From NCBI GenBank assembly GCA_016182185.1, contig JACOXU010000001.1, forward strand, positions 207,251-271,250: a DNA stretch of 64,000 nucleotides. Direction: 5' to 3'. The first letter of the stretch is position 1. The number at the start of each line of letters is the position of its first letter. A model generated the notes under the pieces. It did no database searches. It saw only the letters and a list, made by a program, of their open reading frames with translations, and was not told where the DNA came from. This document shows, piece after piece, positions 9,501 to 18,928 of this stretch. This DNA is from Candidatus Levyibacteriota bacterium. GTDB lineage: Bacteria > Patescibacteriota > Microgenomatia > Levybacterales > UBA12049. A program made the translations under genes and the position numbers.

Positions 9501-10040
9501 TTAAATACCAGGATAAATAACTTTTATTTTTTTTTCTGGAATTTCTAAAATATCCATTACGTCTTTCTTAGTAGAATCCGAGATGCAAAATATCATATCT
9601 GATTCTTTTTTAACCAACTCAAATTTTCTTTTTTGAGTATTGATAATTTTTTTATCCATTTCATTTGAAGCTTTATAAATTGTTAGATCGTAGATAATTG
9701 TAGTCTTTTTTCCATTCCTCAGTGGTGGCTCTGTCCAATCAGATGTCATGAAAATATCGATATCATCGATAAGCTTATCGATCGACAGCACATGAAGCTT
9801 ATTCCATAAAATGTCCAAAAGAGTTGGTGGAAACTTAAATTTCTTTATTGTGACCTTTTTATTAAGCCTGACCTTGTTCTCAAATGGAATAGGCAATGAT
9901 CTTCTTAATGAAGAAAAAAATAAAATATAATAATTTTCTTTATCAATTGCTGTAAGGTTTAATAAAAGATTTGACAGATAATTATAAACTCCGGTTTTGC
10001 TTGGATAAGCAAGCTGAGAGATATCAATTCCAATTCTCAT
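9501..10040 (-). CDS. GT4 N-terminal-domain-only ORF; a gene-fission product or truncated duplicate
   Basis: MRIGIDISQLAYPSKTGVYNYL...KIKVIYPGI stops exactly at the GT4 interdomain boundary (YPGI). One nt later a complete GT4 gene begins. Confidence 0.5.
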   Translation of the reverse strand: MRIGIDISQLAYPSKTGVYNYLSNLLLNLTAIDKENYYILFFSSLRRSLPIPFENKVRLNKKVTIKKFKFPPTLLDILWNKLHVLSIDKLIDDIDIFMTSDWTEPPLRNGKKTTIIYDLTIYKASNEMDKKIINTQKRKFELVKKESDMIFCISDSTKKDVMDILEIPEKKIKVIYPGI

Positions 10041-10065
10041 ATATTAATTCTAAGTCAACTCAAGG

Positions 10066-10941
10066 TTATTTTCTAGTAGATAGATATATTCCCAGAAGAG
10101 CAAGCGTACCTCCGATGAGAAGTCCTAGCGTAAGTCTCTCGCTCAAAAGCACGAATGCTGCTATAAACGCGAAAATTGGCAAAAGATAAAAAGACATTGA
10201 CGCAAATACTGATCCGCCGTGTTTTATGGCGTATTGGTTAAGAAGATAAGTTATTATTGTACCAAAAATTGCTACATATCCAAGAGATAAAATGCTTGGG
10301 AAATTTATAATTGATATCCATTCGTTATTTTTCCAAAAGTCGACAATAAAGATGGGAAAAAGAATTATTGTTGTGATAAGTATGAATACGCTGTTTATCA
10401 AAAATGGTGAGTAATCTTTGCTATATTTTTTGGAAAATACTATATAAAATGACCAAGATAAAACTCCTCCCGCAATCAAGAGATTTCCTATTAAATCTCC
10501 TGCAAACGGCTTACCCTGTTCAAGAACGGGAAGAAAAGCTACAATAGCAACACCGATAAATCCTACGATAATGCCAATAGATTTGCTAATTGATTGCCTA
10601 TCATTAAAAAGAATAAATAAAATTAAAGATGTGATAAATGGTGTCCCTGCATAAAGCAGTTGTCCTATTGTTGCAGTTGTTGTTCTAATTCCTACTATAA
10701 AAAGAATAATATTAAGAGTTGCAAAAAGAGTAAACGGAATTAATTTTTTTAGCTGCTTAATTGAAAAATTATATTTTTTAAAAAATAGAGGAAGTATGAT
10801 TACTGATGCAATAAAAAATCTCAGAAAGGCAAAAGTAAGAGGAGGAATACTTACCAGTCCAATTTTTGTGGCTGTTGTTACCGCACCACCCATCAATGAG
10901 CCAAGGAAAACTGCCAAAAATGCTATTTGCCGATCAGACAT
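10066..10941 (-). CDS. EamA/DMT-superfamily transporter
   Basis: About 10 TM helices with duplicated EamA-like halves (LRFFIASVIILPLFF...; ...LSERLTLGLLIGGTLALLGIYL). Confidence 0.6.
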   Translation of the reverse strand: MSDRQIAFLAVFLGSLMGGAVTTATKIGLVSIPPLTFAFLRFFIASVIILPLFFKKYNFSIKQLKKLIPFTLFATLNIILFIVGIRTTTATIGQLLYAGTPFITSLILFILFNDRQSISKSIGIIVGFIGVAIVAFLPVLEQGKPFAGDLIGNLLIAGGVLSWSFYIVFSKKYSKDYSPFLINSVFILITTIILFPIFIVDFWKNNEWISIINFPSILSLGYVAIFGTIITYLLNQYAIKHGGSVFASMSFYLLPIFAFIAAFVLLSERLTLGLLIGGTLALLGIYLSTRK

Positions 10942-10942
10942 T

Positions 10943-11164
10943 TTATTTTGCTTTCTTTAAGCTTAATAGATGAAAAATAACTGAGACTAAAAAAAAGGCT
11001 GCAGCATAATAAGTCAGTCTTTGAGCTGTAAAAAATATTTGGAGATAAAAAAGAGGAATAGATACAATAAGCGAAATAATTCCAGTATATGCCGATATAG
11101 CCGGATTACGCTTTAAAATTAAAAAAACAAAGATAATTAAAAAAATAATATCTTGGATTTTCAT
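10943..11164 (-). CDS. small 2-TM membrane protein
   Basis: A 73-aa hydrophobic ORF packed between the transporter and a GT2 gene. It could be a GT2 accessory such as a GtrA- or DUF2304-like protein, but this is unverified. Confidence 0.35.
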   Translation of the reverse strand: MKIQDIIFLIIFVFLILKRNPAISAYTGIISLIVSIPLFYLQIFFTAQRLTYYAAAFFLVSVIFHLLSLKKAK

Positions 11165-11166
11165 TT

Positions 11167-12093
11167 CTATTCATCACTTGAAAACTTAAGCATTTTTCTT
11201 TCGGAAACTTTATCTGAGCTATGAAGAAAAAGATCAGCCAAGAATCCGGTGAAAAATATCTGAATTCCGCTTATAACCAAAAGGATTCCGAGAAAAAGCA
11301 GTGGTCTATTTCCAATTGTATAACCTTCAATACGAAGAACTGTAAGATAGAGAAGAACTATAGTTCCTGCTATAAATAGGAGTCCGCCAACAGGGGCAAA
11401 GAAATGAAGAGGTCTTTTAGCATATTTTGAAAGAAAAAGCATGGTAAACATATCAGGAATTTCAGTAAATACTTTGGAAAATCCATATTTTGATTTACCG
11501 AACTTTCTTTTTTCATGAGTAACCGGAATTTCTGTTACTCTAAAACCATCCTCGTGGAGAAAAAGCGGGATAAAACGATGTCTTCCTCCATATAAATTTA
11601 AGGATTTAGCAGCATCACTTGTATAAAGTTTTAAACCACAATTGTAATCATGCAGCTTTGTTCCCCAAAAGACAGATGCAATCAGATTAAAAAATTTTGA
11701 TGAAATAACCTTTACGATAGAATCCTTACGATTTTTTCTCCAGCCAGAAACAGCATCCCAGCCCTCTTCTTGTTTTTTGATTAATTTTGAAATCTCACTT
11801 GGTTTGTCCTGAAGATCAGCATCAAGTGTAGCTATCAATTCTCCTCTTGCTTTTTGAAATCCAAAGGTTAAGGCTTCTGCTTTCCCCCGATTTCGCCTAA
11901 ATGAAAATATATGAACGCTTTTTTCTTTACTATGAAATTCTTTTAATATTGTAAGGCTATTATCACTTGACCCATCATCAACAAAAATTACCTCATAATC
12001 CACTTTTAGCTTTTTAAATTCTGCTGTAAGCTCTTTAAAAAATGGATTTAAGCTCTCTTCTTCGTTAAAAACAGGCACAATTACGCTTAGCAT
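11167..12093 (-). CDS. GT2 polyprenyl-phosphate sugar transferase (DPM1/GtrB/ArnC-like) with C-terminal TM helices
   Basis: MLSVIVPVFNEEESL...VIFVDDGSSDNS...DADLQD, plus two C-terminal TM helices typical of GtrB/ArnC. Confidence 0.8.
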   Translation of the reverse strand: MLSVIVPVFNEEESLNPFFKELTAEFKKLKVDYEVIFVDDGSSDNSLTILKEFHSKEKSVHIFSFRRNRGKAEALTFGFQKARGELIATLDADLQDKPSEISKLIKKQEEGWDAVSGWRKNRKDSIVKVISSKFFNLIASVFWGTKLHDYNCGLKLYTSDAAKSLNLYGGRHRFIPLFLHEDGFRVTEIPVTHEKRKFGKSKYGFSKVFTEIPDMFTMLFLSKYAKRPLHFFAPVGGLLFIAGTIVLLYLTVLRIEGYTIGNRPLLFLGILLVISGIQIFFTGFLADLFLHSSDKVSERKMLKFSSDE

Positions 12094-12102
12094 ATGCCTA
12101 TT

Positions 12103-14166
12103 TTACCATTTTTTACTTATGTAGCCAAAAATAAGAAGACCTAGAACCAAAGAAACACTAATTAAACTTATCACAACTCCCCTATTGACCCAGTCTTGGG
12201 GGGTATAGTAGATCTCAAGCGTATAATCCCCGCCCTTGGGAAGAGTAAAGCTATTGAATAAATTACTATATTTATGGCTTTTTATACTAATCTCATTATT
12301 TCTTGCCACCCAATATTTATCAAAACTTTCAGAAAAAACAAGAACGTCGTTTTTCTGTGCATTTTTCACTGAAAGTTTATATTTCGTTGGATTAATAGAT
12401 TGAAAACTAATTTCTAAATTTTCCGACGGACTCCAAAAATGACCTCTTGGATCTAAGATTTCAAAAACTGTAATCTTCCCAAATCCCTTAACTTCCTTTA
12501 GCCAATTAATTTTTCTCACGTCTTCTATCGTTTTCAGATATAACGAATCAAAATATTTTCTGTCTTTTAAGAAAATCTCGTGTTGTGAATCAAAGGGGAC
12601 AATTACATATTTAACAGAAAGGTTTTGAAGCTCTACTTGTGATTTTTTATCATTCAGATATTTAACGACATCATAAGGATTATATTTATTTATAAATTCC
12701 TGGCCTGAAATTGAAGGATGAATATCTGATCGAAATCCAAATCTTTCATGTGTAGGGATCCAAAAAGTTCTGTAAAAAACTTTTTCTTTTGATAAGAAAT
12801 TTGCAAGTTTTACATATTCCTGAGGTAAACTTTGTTGCCTGAATGTTCCAGTCAACTCTCCAAAAAATGCAGGGCGGATTAAATACAATAGATATAAAGT
12901 TATAAATAACAAAAAAAAATTCTTTACATTTAGGATCTTGCCTTTGGTGGTTATTTGAAATTTGAAGTTAGAAATTTGAAATTTTAGCTGAGATTCCAGC
13001 AACTTATATAATTTCCAAATGCTAAATGGGATTAGTATTGAATATGAGAGAACAACTAGAAAATACCATTTAGTCGGATCTCTAAACATTACAAATCCCG
13101 GGATATGTTCAAAAAGCCATAAATATATTCCGCCAAATGGGTCATTTGCCCCTTTTGCCAAAAAGGAACCAATTAAGCCCAGGAATATAAAAAAAATTAT
13201 ATATTTTTTTTCATCTTGAGCTAATTTTTTGACAAAAAATAAACTTAAGTATGCAAGAATCGGTATTAGTAAAAACTCTGATTTCATAAAATAAACTTTA
13301 CCAAAAATATTTTCCGGCCAATATGGATGAAGCATTGATATTGTCTGTTCAAATTTTGCAAAACTAAGATATGGAACTATTTCCACCGATGAATAAGCCG
13401 GTCCAAGTTGTTGTATGGGATTTTGCTTAGTAACCAAAAGGGGAATAAGCCAAAAAGCATGAACCAAAAAAGCAATTACACCAGGAGGAACAAAAATAAC
13501 TATAAATTTCTTTATTAAGTCTATGCTATTCCTATTTGCGAGCTGAACAACTATGAAGTAAATCAATACAGAAACAATTGTCGCGTAAAATGCTCTAGGA
13601 TCAAATATTAATTGTAGGGCAATAATTAAACCGGTCAGTATTGATTTCTTAAGATCAAAGTGTTCTTCTTCAATAAGTTTTATGAAAATCCCCAAAACTA
13701 AAGGGGCGATTGCGTAGGCGATTGCAATTGCCATTTGCCCTCCCCCCACAATCATTAAAAGATATGTGTTAAAGATAAATACAAAAGGAGATAAAAAGGA
13801 AAGTTTATTCTTAGGCATCGTTATCTTAAACAAATACCAGGAGGATAAAAATGAAATCAGAATAAATGGCCAAAACCAAATTAATCTTTCTATAAATATC
13901 CATGGAAGATTAAAGTATCTGAATAACACAATCGTTGTGGTTGAAAAATAGGTATGAAGACCTAAAATAAAATTAATATTTATACCCGTATTGCTTAATA
14001 GATAACTCCATACATAGGGGAAGATGGTAAGGCTTTCTATTTGATTTTCAAATCTGAAATTCCAATCACCTGAGGAAATAACATCAAAAGAAAGCCAAGT
14101 TTTAAAAACGGCCAGAACGAGAAAAAAAATGAACAAATATGCAAGCTTTGTAATTATATTTTTCAA
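12103..14166 (-). CDS. large polytopic membrane protein, putative GT-C glycosyltransferase (687 aa) with an extracytoplasmic C-terminal domain
   Basis: At least 12 TM helices, an early-loop ISSGDW motif, a soluble roughly 250-aa C-terminal domain and a terminal TM anchor. It contains heptamer repeats at 12954-12987. Confidence 0.45.
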   Translation of the reverse strand: MKNIITKLAYLFIFFLVLAVFKTWLSFDVISSGDWNFRFENQIESLTIFPYVWSYLLSNTGININFILGLHTYFSTTTIVLFRYFNLPWIFIERLIWFWPFILISFLSSWYLFKITMPKNKLSFLSPFVFIFNTYLLMIVGGGQMAIAIAYAIAPLVLGIFIKLIEEEHFDLKKSILTGLIIALQLIFDPRAFYATIVSVLIYFIVVQLANRNSIDLIKKFIVIFVPPGVIAFLVHAFWLIPLLVTKQNPIQQLGPAYSSVEIVPYLSFAKFEQTISMLHPYWPENIFGKVYFMKSEFLLIPILAYLSLFFVKKLAQDEKKYIIFFIFLGLIGSFLAKGANDPFGGIYLWLFEHIPGFVMFRDPTKWYFLVVLSYSILIPFSIWKLYKLLESQLKFQISNFKFQITTKGKILNVKNFFLLFITLYLLYLIRPAFFGELTGTFRQQSLPQEYVKLANFLSKEKVFYRTFWIPTHERFGFRSDIHPSISGQEFINKYNPYDVVKYLNDKKSQVELQNLSVKYVIVPFDSQHEIFLKDRKYFDSLYLKTIEDVRKINWLKEVKGFGKITVFEILDPRGHFWSPSENLEISFQSINPTKYKLSVKNAQKNDVLVFSESFDKYWVARNNEISIKSHKYSNLFNSFTLPKGGDYTLEIYYTPQDWVNRGVVISLISVSLVLGLLIFGYISKKW
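12954..12987. repeat. imperfect heptanucleotide repeat (TTTGAAA-like)x4.7 inside the coding sequence of 12103..14166
   Basis: tttgaaa tttgaag ttagaaa tttgaaa ttttag, encoding KFQISNFKFQI. Confidence 0.7.
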
Positions 14167-14172
14167 TCTAGC

Positions 14173-15384
14173 CTACTTGTTGGTTTTAATAAATTCTTCA
14201 ATCGCATCAATCATATAATCGAGCATCTCTTTTGTCTGAGAAGAATGCACGCCGAGCAGGAATGAATCTCGATGAACCTTATCCGCTGTTTCTAGTCCGC
14301 CTACCAAAATGACAGGTAAGGATTTGAATCCTGATTGACGAAGAATATTTCCGGCGAAGAAAAGACGGGTTCTAATCTTATTTTTTTCTAAAAATTCTAC
14401 CAGATCTTTCCTACTAAAAGGAACTTTATCTCTCAAAGTTAAGGGAAAATTGAACCATGATGGATTAGCCTGTGGCAAAGTTTCAACAAAATGAAAGTAA
14501 TCTCCCAACTTATTTAATTTTGTCATAAGATATTTAAAATTTTTTCTTCTATCCCTGTGGAAATTTTCTAGCCTGTCCATTTGAACCAAGCCAAATGCTG
14601 CCATAATTTCAGGTACTTTAAAATTATAGCCTATTTCAGAATATGAATACCTATGGTCATAAGGAACTCCATTGCTTATGCTATCAAAATAAACACCATG
14701 ATCTTTGTCGTAACCTAATGTAATCTGTTCTTTTCCCCATTCCCTAAGGCTTTTAACCCGATAGGCAGACTTTTCATTTTTTGAAAGAACTATTCCTCCT
14801 GCACCTGCAAGTGTCATGTGATGGCTGGCATAGAAAGAGCATGTGGAAAAATTGCCAAACGAACCTGTTTTTCTACCATAAATTTCACTTCCTAAACCAT
14901 CACAGTTATCTTCAATAACCTGAAGCTTATACTTAGATGCAAGATGCATAATTCTTTTCATATCAACCGGATTACCAAGGGTGTGAGCAAAAATTATTGC
15001 TTTTATATCTTTATGTTTCTTAACCGCCTGTTCAACTCTATCAAGATCGATGTTTAAACTTTTAAGATCAACATCAACGGCAACAACCTGAAGATGGGAG
15101 TGCCATATAGGAGAAAGAGTCGAAGGAAATCCAGCTGCGCAGGTCAAAACCTTACTCCCCTCGGGAAGATTTAGCACACGTATAGCCAGAAGGTTTGCGG
15201 ATGAACCTGAGTTTACCAGACTTGCATAGGGCATTCCGATATATTTTGCAAAACGTTTTTCGAAACGCTCTGTCAGTCGTCCAGTACCAAGCCATCCGTA
15301 TTTTAGGCAATCCACGACTGCGTTTATCTCTTTCCCATCATAAACTGCTTTTGCAAAAAATATCTGATCTTTTCTTTTCTTCAC
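14173..15384 (-). CDS. DegT/DnrJ/EryC1/StrS-family PLP/PMP enzyme, E1-like sugar 3-dehydrase (RfbH/DdhC-type); GTG start
   Basis: VNSGSSANLLA is the DegT signature. The active-site segment reads SFYASHHMTLAGAGG, with His where aminotransferases have the PLP lysine; this is the hallmark of 3-dehydrases (E1, ColD). AGGA sits 7 nt before the GTG. Confidence 0.6.
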   Translation of the reverse strand: MKKRKDQIFFAKAVYDGKEINAVVDCLKYGWLGTGRLTERFEKRFAKYIGMPYASLVNSGSSANLLAIRVLNLPEGSKVLTCAAGFPSTLSPIWHSHLQVVAVDVDLKSLNIDLDRVEQAVKKHKDIKAIIFAHTLGNPVDMKRIMHLASKYKLQVIEDNCDGLGSEIYGRKTGSFGNFSTCSFYASHHMTLAGAGGIVLSKNEKSAYRVKSLREWGKEQITLGYDKDHGVYFDSISNGVPYDHRYSYSEIGYNFKVPEIMAAFGLVQMDRLENFHRDRRKNFKYLMTKLNKLGDYFHFVETLPQANPSWFNFPLTLRDKVPFSRKDLVEFLEKNKIRTRLFFAGNILRQSGFKSLPVILVGGLETADKVHRDSFLLGVHSSQTKEMLDYMIDAIEEFIKTNK

Positions 15385-15456
15385 AAGATTTTCCTAAAAG
15401 TTTTTATTTTGGAGTATATCATAGTGAAATTTCAATAGTAAAGAAGAATTTTCAAG

Positions 15457-16470
15457 TCAATGTTGCTTAACATTTTTCTTTACCCACAAATAAAGTTTTT
15501 CCAGCCCTTCATAAACACCTGTTTTTGGTTCCCATCCAAAATCTTTTTTTGCTTTACGAATGTCCGAGATATAAATACGCTGATCTCCCGGACGCCAGTC
15601 CGAAAAACTAACGTTTATCCTTCTTTTCATCAATTTTTCAAGCATTGGCTTGAATTCAATCCAAACGGAAATTGATTTATCTGTTCCTCCGCCGATGTTG
15701 TATATCTGCCCTTTCGTTTTACTTATGTTCTTTATTGCAAGCTCAAATGCCCTGATGAGATCTTGAATAAATAAAACATCTCTTACTTGTTTGCCGTCAC
15801 CGTAAATTGTGAACTTTTGTCCTAATGTAAGTGCAATAATAAACCACGCCAGCCAGCCCTGATCTTCGACTCCATATTGGTGCGGTCCGTAAATACAGGA
15901 TTGCCTAAAAACTATGGTTTTTAATCCATAGATTCTCGCATAATCCCGAACATATTGATCCGCAGCTCCCTTACTGCACCCATAGGGAGAATGAAAGTCT
16001 AAATTTCTCTCCTCTGAAATACCGTTTGGAAAATCCTCAAGTACGTACCTTGTTCTTTTTTCTCCAATCCTAAGATCTTCAAGTCCGCCGTAAACTTTAT
16101 TGGTTGAACTATACAAAATAATAGGTTTACTTTTGGATAAGCGGATTGACTCAAGGACATTTAATGTTGCAAGCGTGTTATTTTCAAAATCATCGCGTGG
16201 GTTTTCAACAGAGGTCGTAACTGCGACCTGACCTGCAAAGTGAAAAACAACATCACTGCCTTCTACCGCCTTTTTAAGAGAGGTGAAATCTCTTACATCT
16301 TTTTCCGCAACCCTTACCTTTGGGAAATTCTTTGATAAAAACACAAGATTTTTCTCAACATTTTTTCTTGAAAGATTATCATATATCGTCACTGAATCTT
16401 CTTTCTTTAAAAAATGTATAGCCGTATTTATACCGATGAAACCCGCTCCTCCCGTGATTAAAATTTTCAT
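15457..16470 (-). CDS. NAD-dependent SDR epimerase, CDP-paratose/tyvelose 2-epimerase-like
   Basis: GGAGFIG, DNLSRK, HFAGQVAVTTS, YSSTNKVYG, DFHSPYGCSKGAADQY and GDGKQVRDVL match my memory of tyvelose epimerase (RfbE). Not database-verified. Confidence 0.5.
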   Translation of the reverse strand: MKILITGGAGFIGINTAIHFLKKEDSVTIYDNLSRKNVEKNLVFLSKNFPKVRVAEKDVRDFTSLKKAVEGSDVVFHFAGQVAVTTSVENPRDDFENNTLATLNVLESIRLSKSKPIILYSSTNKVYGGLEDLRIGEKRTRYVLEDFPNGISEERNLDFHSPYGCSKGAADQYVRDYARIYGLKTIVFRQSCIYGPHQYGVEDQGWLAWFIIALTLGQKFTIYGDGKQVRDVLFIQDLIRAFELAIKNISKTKGQIYNIGGGTDKSISVWIEFKPMLEKLMKRRINVSFSDWRPGDQRIYISDIRKAKKDFGWEPKTGVYEGLEKLYLWVKKNVKQH

Positions 16471-16514
16471 ATTTTATTATTTAAAGATTATTATGAATAA
16501 TTCCCAAAAAAATA

Positions 16515-18179
16515 TTATAATTTTTTTTGAATTTCCCTAGTTATATCATAAATCTCATTTTTTTCAGAATTATAGCGAAATGCTGTAATATTTTCCTTTT
16601 TAAATTTTTCGTTTGCGATCTCTTCTTTTAGCTTAGTAAGATCGGTAAAGAAGCCGAATCCCTGGCCATTTTTTTCAAAATACCCCTGGTTTCCTAGCTT
16701 CCAGAAAAAATTATCAAGCAAAAAGGGATTTAACCTATCTGTATTATTTTTGTATGCATAGACAACTAAAAGTGTGTATCCAATTCCATTTTGAAATGGC
16801 AAGGGATTATTTGGGACAATAAAACTATGATCACTTTCTATATAAATTACCTCCCTCTGTGCAATAATTGGATGCTTCACTAATATTTCAGAAAGAATAT
16901 GTCTTTGAATTGCTCCCCTTTCTTTAAGAAAACTTATCTGATCTTGAATAAAACCAGCATTCATAATTAAATAGAATCCTATCAAAAAAAGGGTTACGGA
17001 GTAAATTGGTAGTGAAAGTTTTATATTATTGGTTATTCTTTTTAATCCTCCAAAGAAGCCTTGAAAGCCCATGCCGATTATTAAGACTAAGGGAGCCGCA
17101 GGGAGATAATAATATCTCGACTCTAAATACCCATTTGGCTTTATTAACACGATAAAAGGAATAAAGGCTAATAAATAGAAGGGGAAAGAAAAAATTATCG
17201 GCCATTTCTCTTTGCGCGAAAATAAAAAAAATAATATTGGTAGAATAAACAACGAAGCAGCCAAAACTGAAATAAACTCTACGATTATCTGTTCTGATAT
17301 GATTCCTGCATACCCTGTAGGCTCAAAATAGGGGAAAATAATTTCCGTAACCTTTCTTGATAAAGGAAAAATGATTTCTCCGGGAATGATTATCTGCGAC
17401 AATGATTCGAAAGGATAGGTTATTGCAGCCCAAACCAATCTCAGTAAACCACCAGATACTTCGCTACCTATATATCTAGTATTACTAGTAACGGTGAAAA
17501 AAAGACTTAAGAATTTTAAAACAAATATTAGGATCCCCAAAAATAAAAAAAAGAACGAAAATCGGGAAACTTTTACCTTATTTTTTTTGCTGATAAAATA
17601 AACAAATTCGACGAATGGAAAAAGCAAAAACAAAAAAAGGGCGTTTTCCTTAAAACCTAGTGAAATAGATAGAGTTATAACTGATCCAATTAGATAGAAT
17701 GTTTTCTTTGAATGTAAAAAATTCAAAAAAAAGAGTATCGATAATAAAATAAAACTTACTGCCGGAAGTGTCCCCGTGGATGCTCCAAACCATAATACTG
17801 CTTGCTTGCTTGTCGCATTGAATATGAAAAACAGCACAACTAAAGCTGAAAAAAAATGATTTCTGATAAAACGGTAGGCAATTTTATAAAGCAGGTAGGA
17901 ATTTATTGTGTGAAAAAAAGTCGAAAATAAAAATAAGGGGATAATATTGAGGGGAAATTGTCCAAAAAGCACCAAGTTTGTCAATCTGGCTAATGGCCTG
18001 TTCTCCAACAATAATAATCCTGTGAGAGATGGACCTGAAAAAATATATGAGATCCCTTCAGCTCTCAGCGTTCCCAGCGTATGCCATTCATCTTGTTGAT
18101 AAAAAGTTTGTATTAAATCTCTGTATAAAAATAGAATTATAGCAAAGAAAAAAATGATTATAAAAACGTCTCTTTTCAT
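16515..18179 (-). CDS. polytopic membrane protein, putative GT-C glycosyltransferase (554 aa)
   Basis: At least 12 TM helices. The first loop has FYQQDEWHTLG (a DE motif). It is a paralog of the C-terminal half of 3799..6945 and of 37808..40387. Confidence 0.45.
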   Translation of the reverse strand: MKRDVFIIIFFFAIILFLYRDLIQTFYQQDEWHTLGTLRAEGISYIFSGPSLTGLLLLENRPLARLTNLVLFGQFPLNIIPLFLFSTFFHTINSYLLYKIAYRFIRNHFFSALVVLFFIFNATSKQAVLWFGASTGTLPAVSFILLSILFFLNFLHSKKTFYLIGSVITLSISLGFKENALFLFLLFPFVEFVYFISKKNKVKVSRFSFFFLFLGILIFVLKFLSLFFTVTSNTRYIGSEVSGGLLRLVWAAITYPFESLSQIIIPGEIIFPLSRKVTEIIFPYFEPTGYAGIISEQIIVEFISVLAASLFILPILFFLFSRKEKWPIIFSFPFYLLAFIPFIVLIKPNGYLESRYYYLPAAPLVLIIGMGFQGFFGGLKRITNNIKLSLPIYSVTLFLIGFYLIMNAGFIQDQISFLKERGAIQRHILSEILVKHPIIAQREVIYIESDHSFIVPNNPLPFQNGIGYTLLVVYAYKNNTDRLNPFLLDNFFWKLGNQGYFEKNGQGFGFFTDLTKLKEEIANEKFKKENITAFRYNSEKNEIYDITREIQKKL

Positions 18180-18928
18180 TTTTTTTCTAAATAAATTATA
18201 AGATTTGAGGAAAAATATGGTATCAAAGAAAAAATGTAGTCAAGCAAATCATACACTTGTTGTAGTCCAGGAGGAAATTCATACTTAATAGTTGCTCCAC
18301 GCAATGCCAGTAATTTGAAATTATAAATTTTGGCCATATCTTTTATCGCCAATGCTGTAAAAATTCTTATATGACCGACGGGCTGTGTATTATGGAGAAT
18401 TTTTTTTAATACACCCAAACCTACACTTCTGTCTTTTGTGCTCATCTCGCAGAAAGTCGGAACAATTCCCACAACACAAAGTAATCGTTGATACCAAGCG
18501 AGAAGATTTGGTGTTGTGATAACGACCCTGCCTCCTTTTTTTAACACTCGGTTAAACTCTTCGAAATACCTATCCGTATCTAGAATATGTTCAAGAACTT
18601 CTTGCGAAACAATAAAATCAAAGTAATTGTTTGGGTAAGGAATTTTTTTATTAAGATCTGCCACTTTTGTTTCGACGCAATATTTTTTAGCCAATCTACA
18701 TCCCTCTCTTGAAATATCTACTCCATATAATTTCACCGTAGAAAAACGCGCTGCGATTTCTTTTGCCAGGCCACCATCCCCACAGCCAGCGTCTAAAATA
18801 TTTCCTTTGAATTTGAGGTTTAATTTATTAATAAGCAAAGATAATCGTAGTGGATAATAATGGTCTTTTCTCCATTGAATCATTTTTTTTTCGTAACGAG
18901 TTGTCTGGTAGTATTGATCTATTTTCAT
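18176..18928 (-). CDS. class I SAM-dependent methyltransferase
   Basis: Motif I ILDAGCGDGGLAKEIAARF and the post-I acidic residue (YGVDIS). Confidence 0.75.
   Translation of the reverse strand: MKIDQYYQTTRYEKKMIQWRKDHYYPLRLSLLINKLNLKFKGNILDAGCGDGGLAKEIAARFSTVKLYGVDISREGCRLAKKYCVETKVADLNKKIPYPNNYFDFIVSQEVLEHILDTDRYFEEFNRVLKKGGRVVITTPNLLAWYQRLLCVVGIVPTFCEMSTKDRSVGLGVLKKILHNTQPVGHIRIFTALAIKDMAKIYNFKLLALRGATIKYEFPPGLQQVYDLLDYIFSLIPYFSSNLIIYLEKK

Noticed and set aside
9527-9535. A T9 (A9 on the coding strand) homopolymer near the 3' end of the GT4 N-domain fragment, considered as a slippage site that could fuse it to the downstream GT4
   Set aside because: The downstream ORF's frame has a stop at 9524-9526 immediately after the tract, so no one-nt slip produces a fusion. 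Homopolymers of this length are common in such AT-rich DNA.
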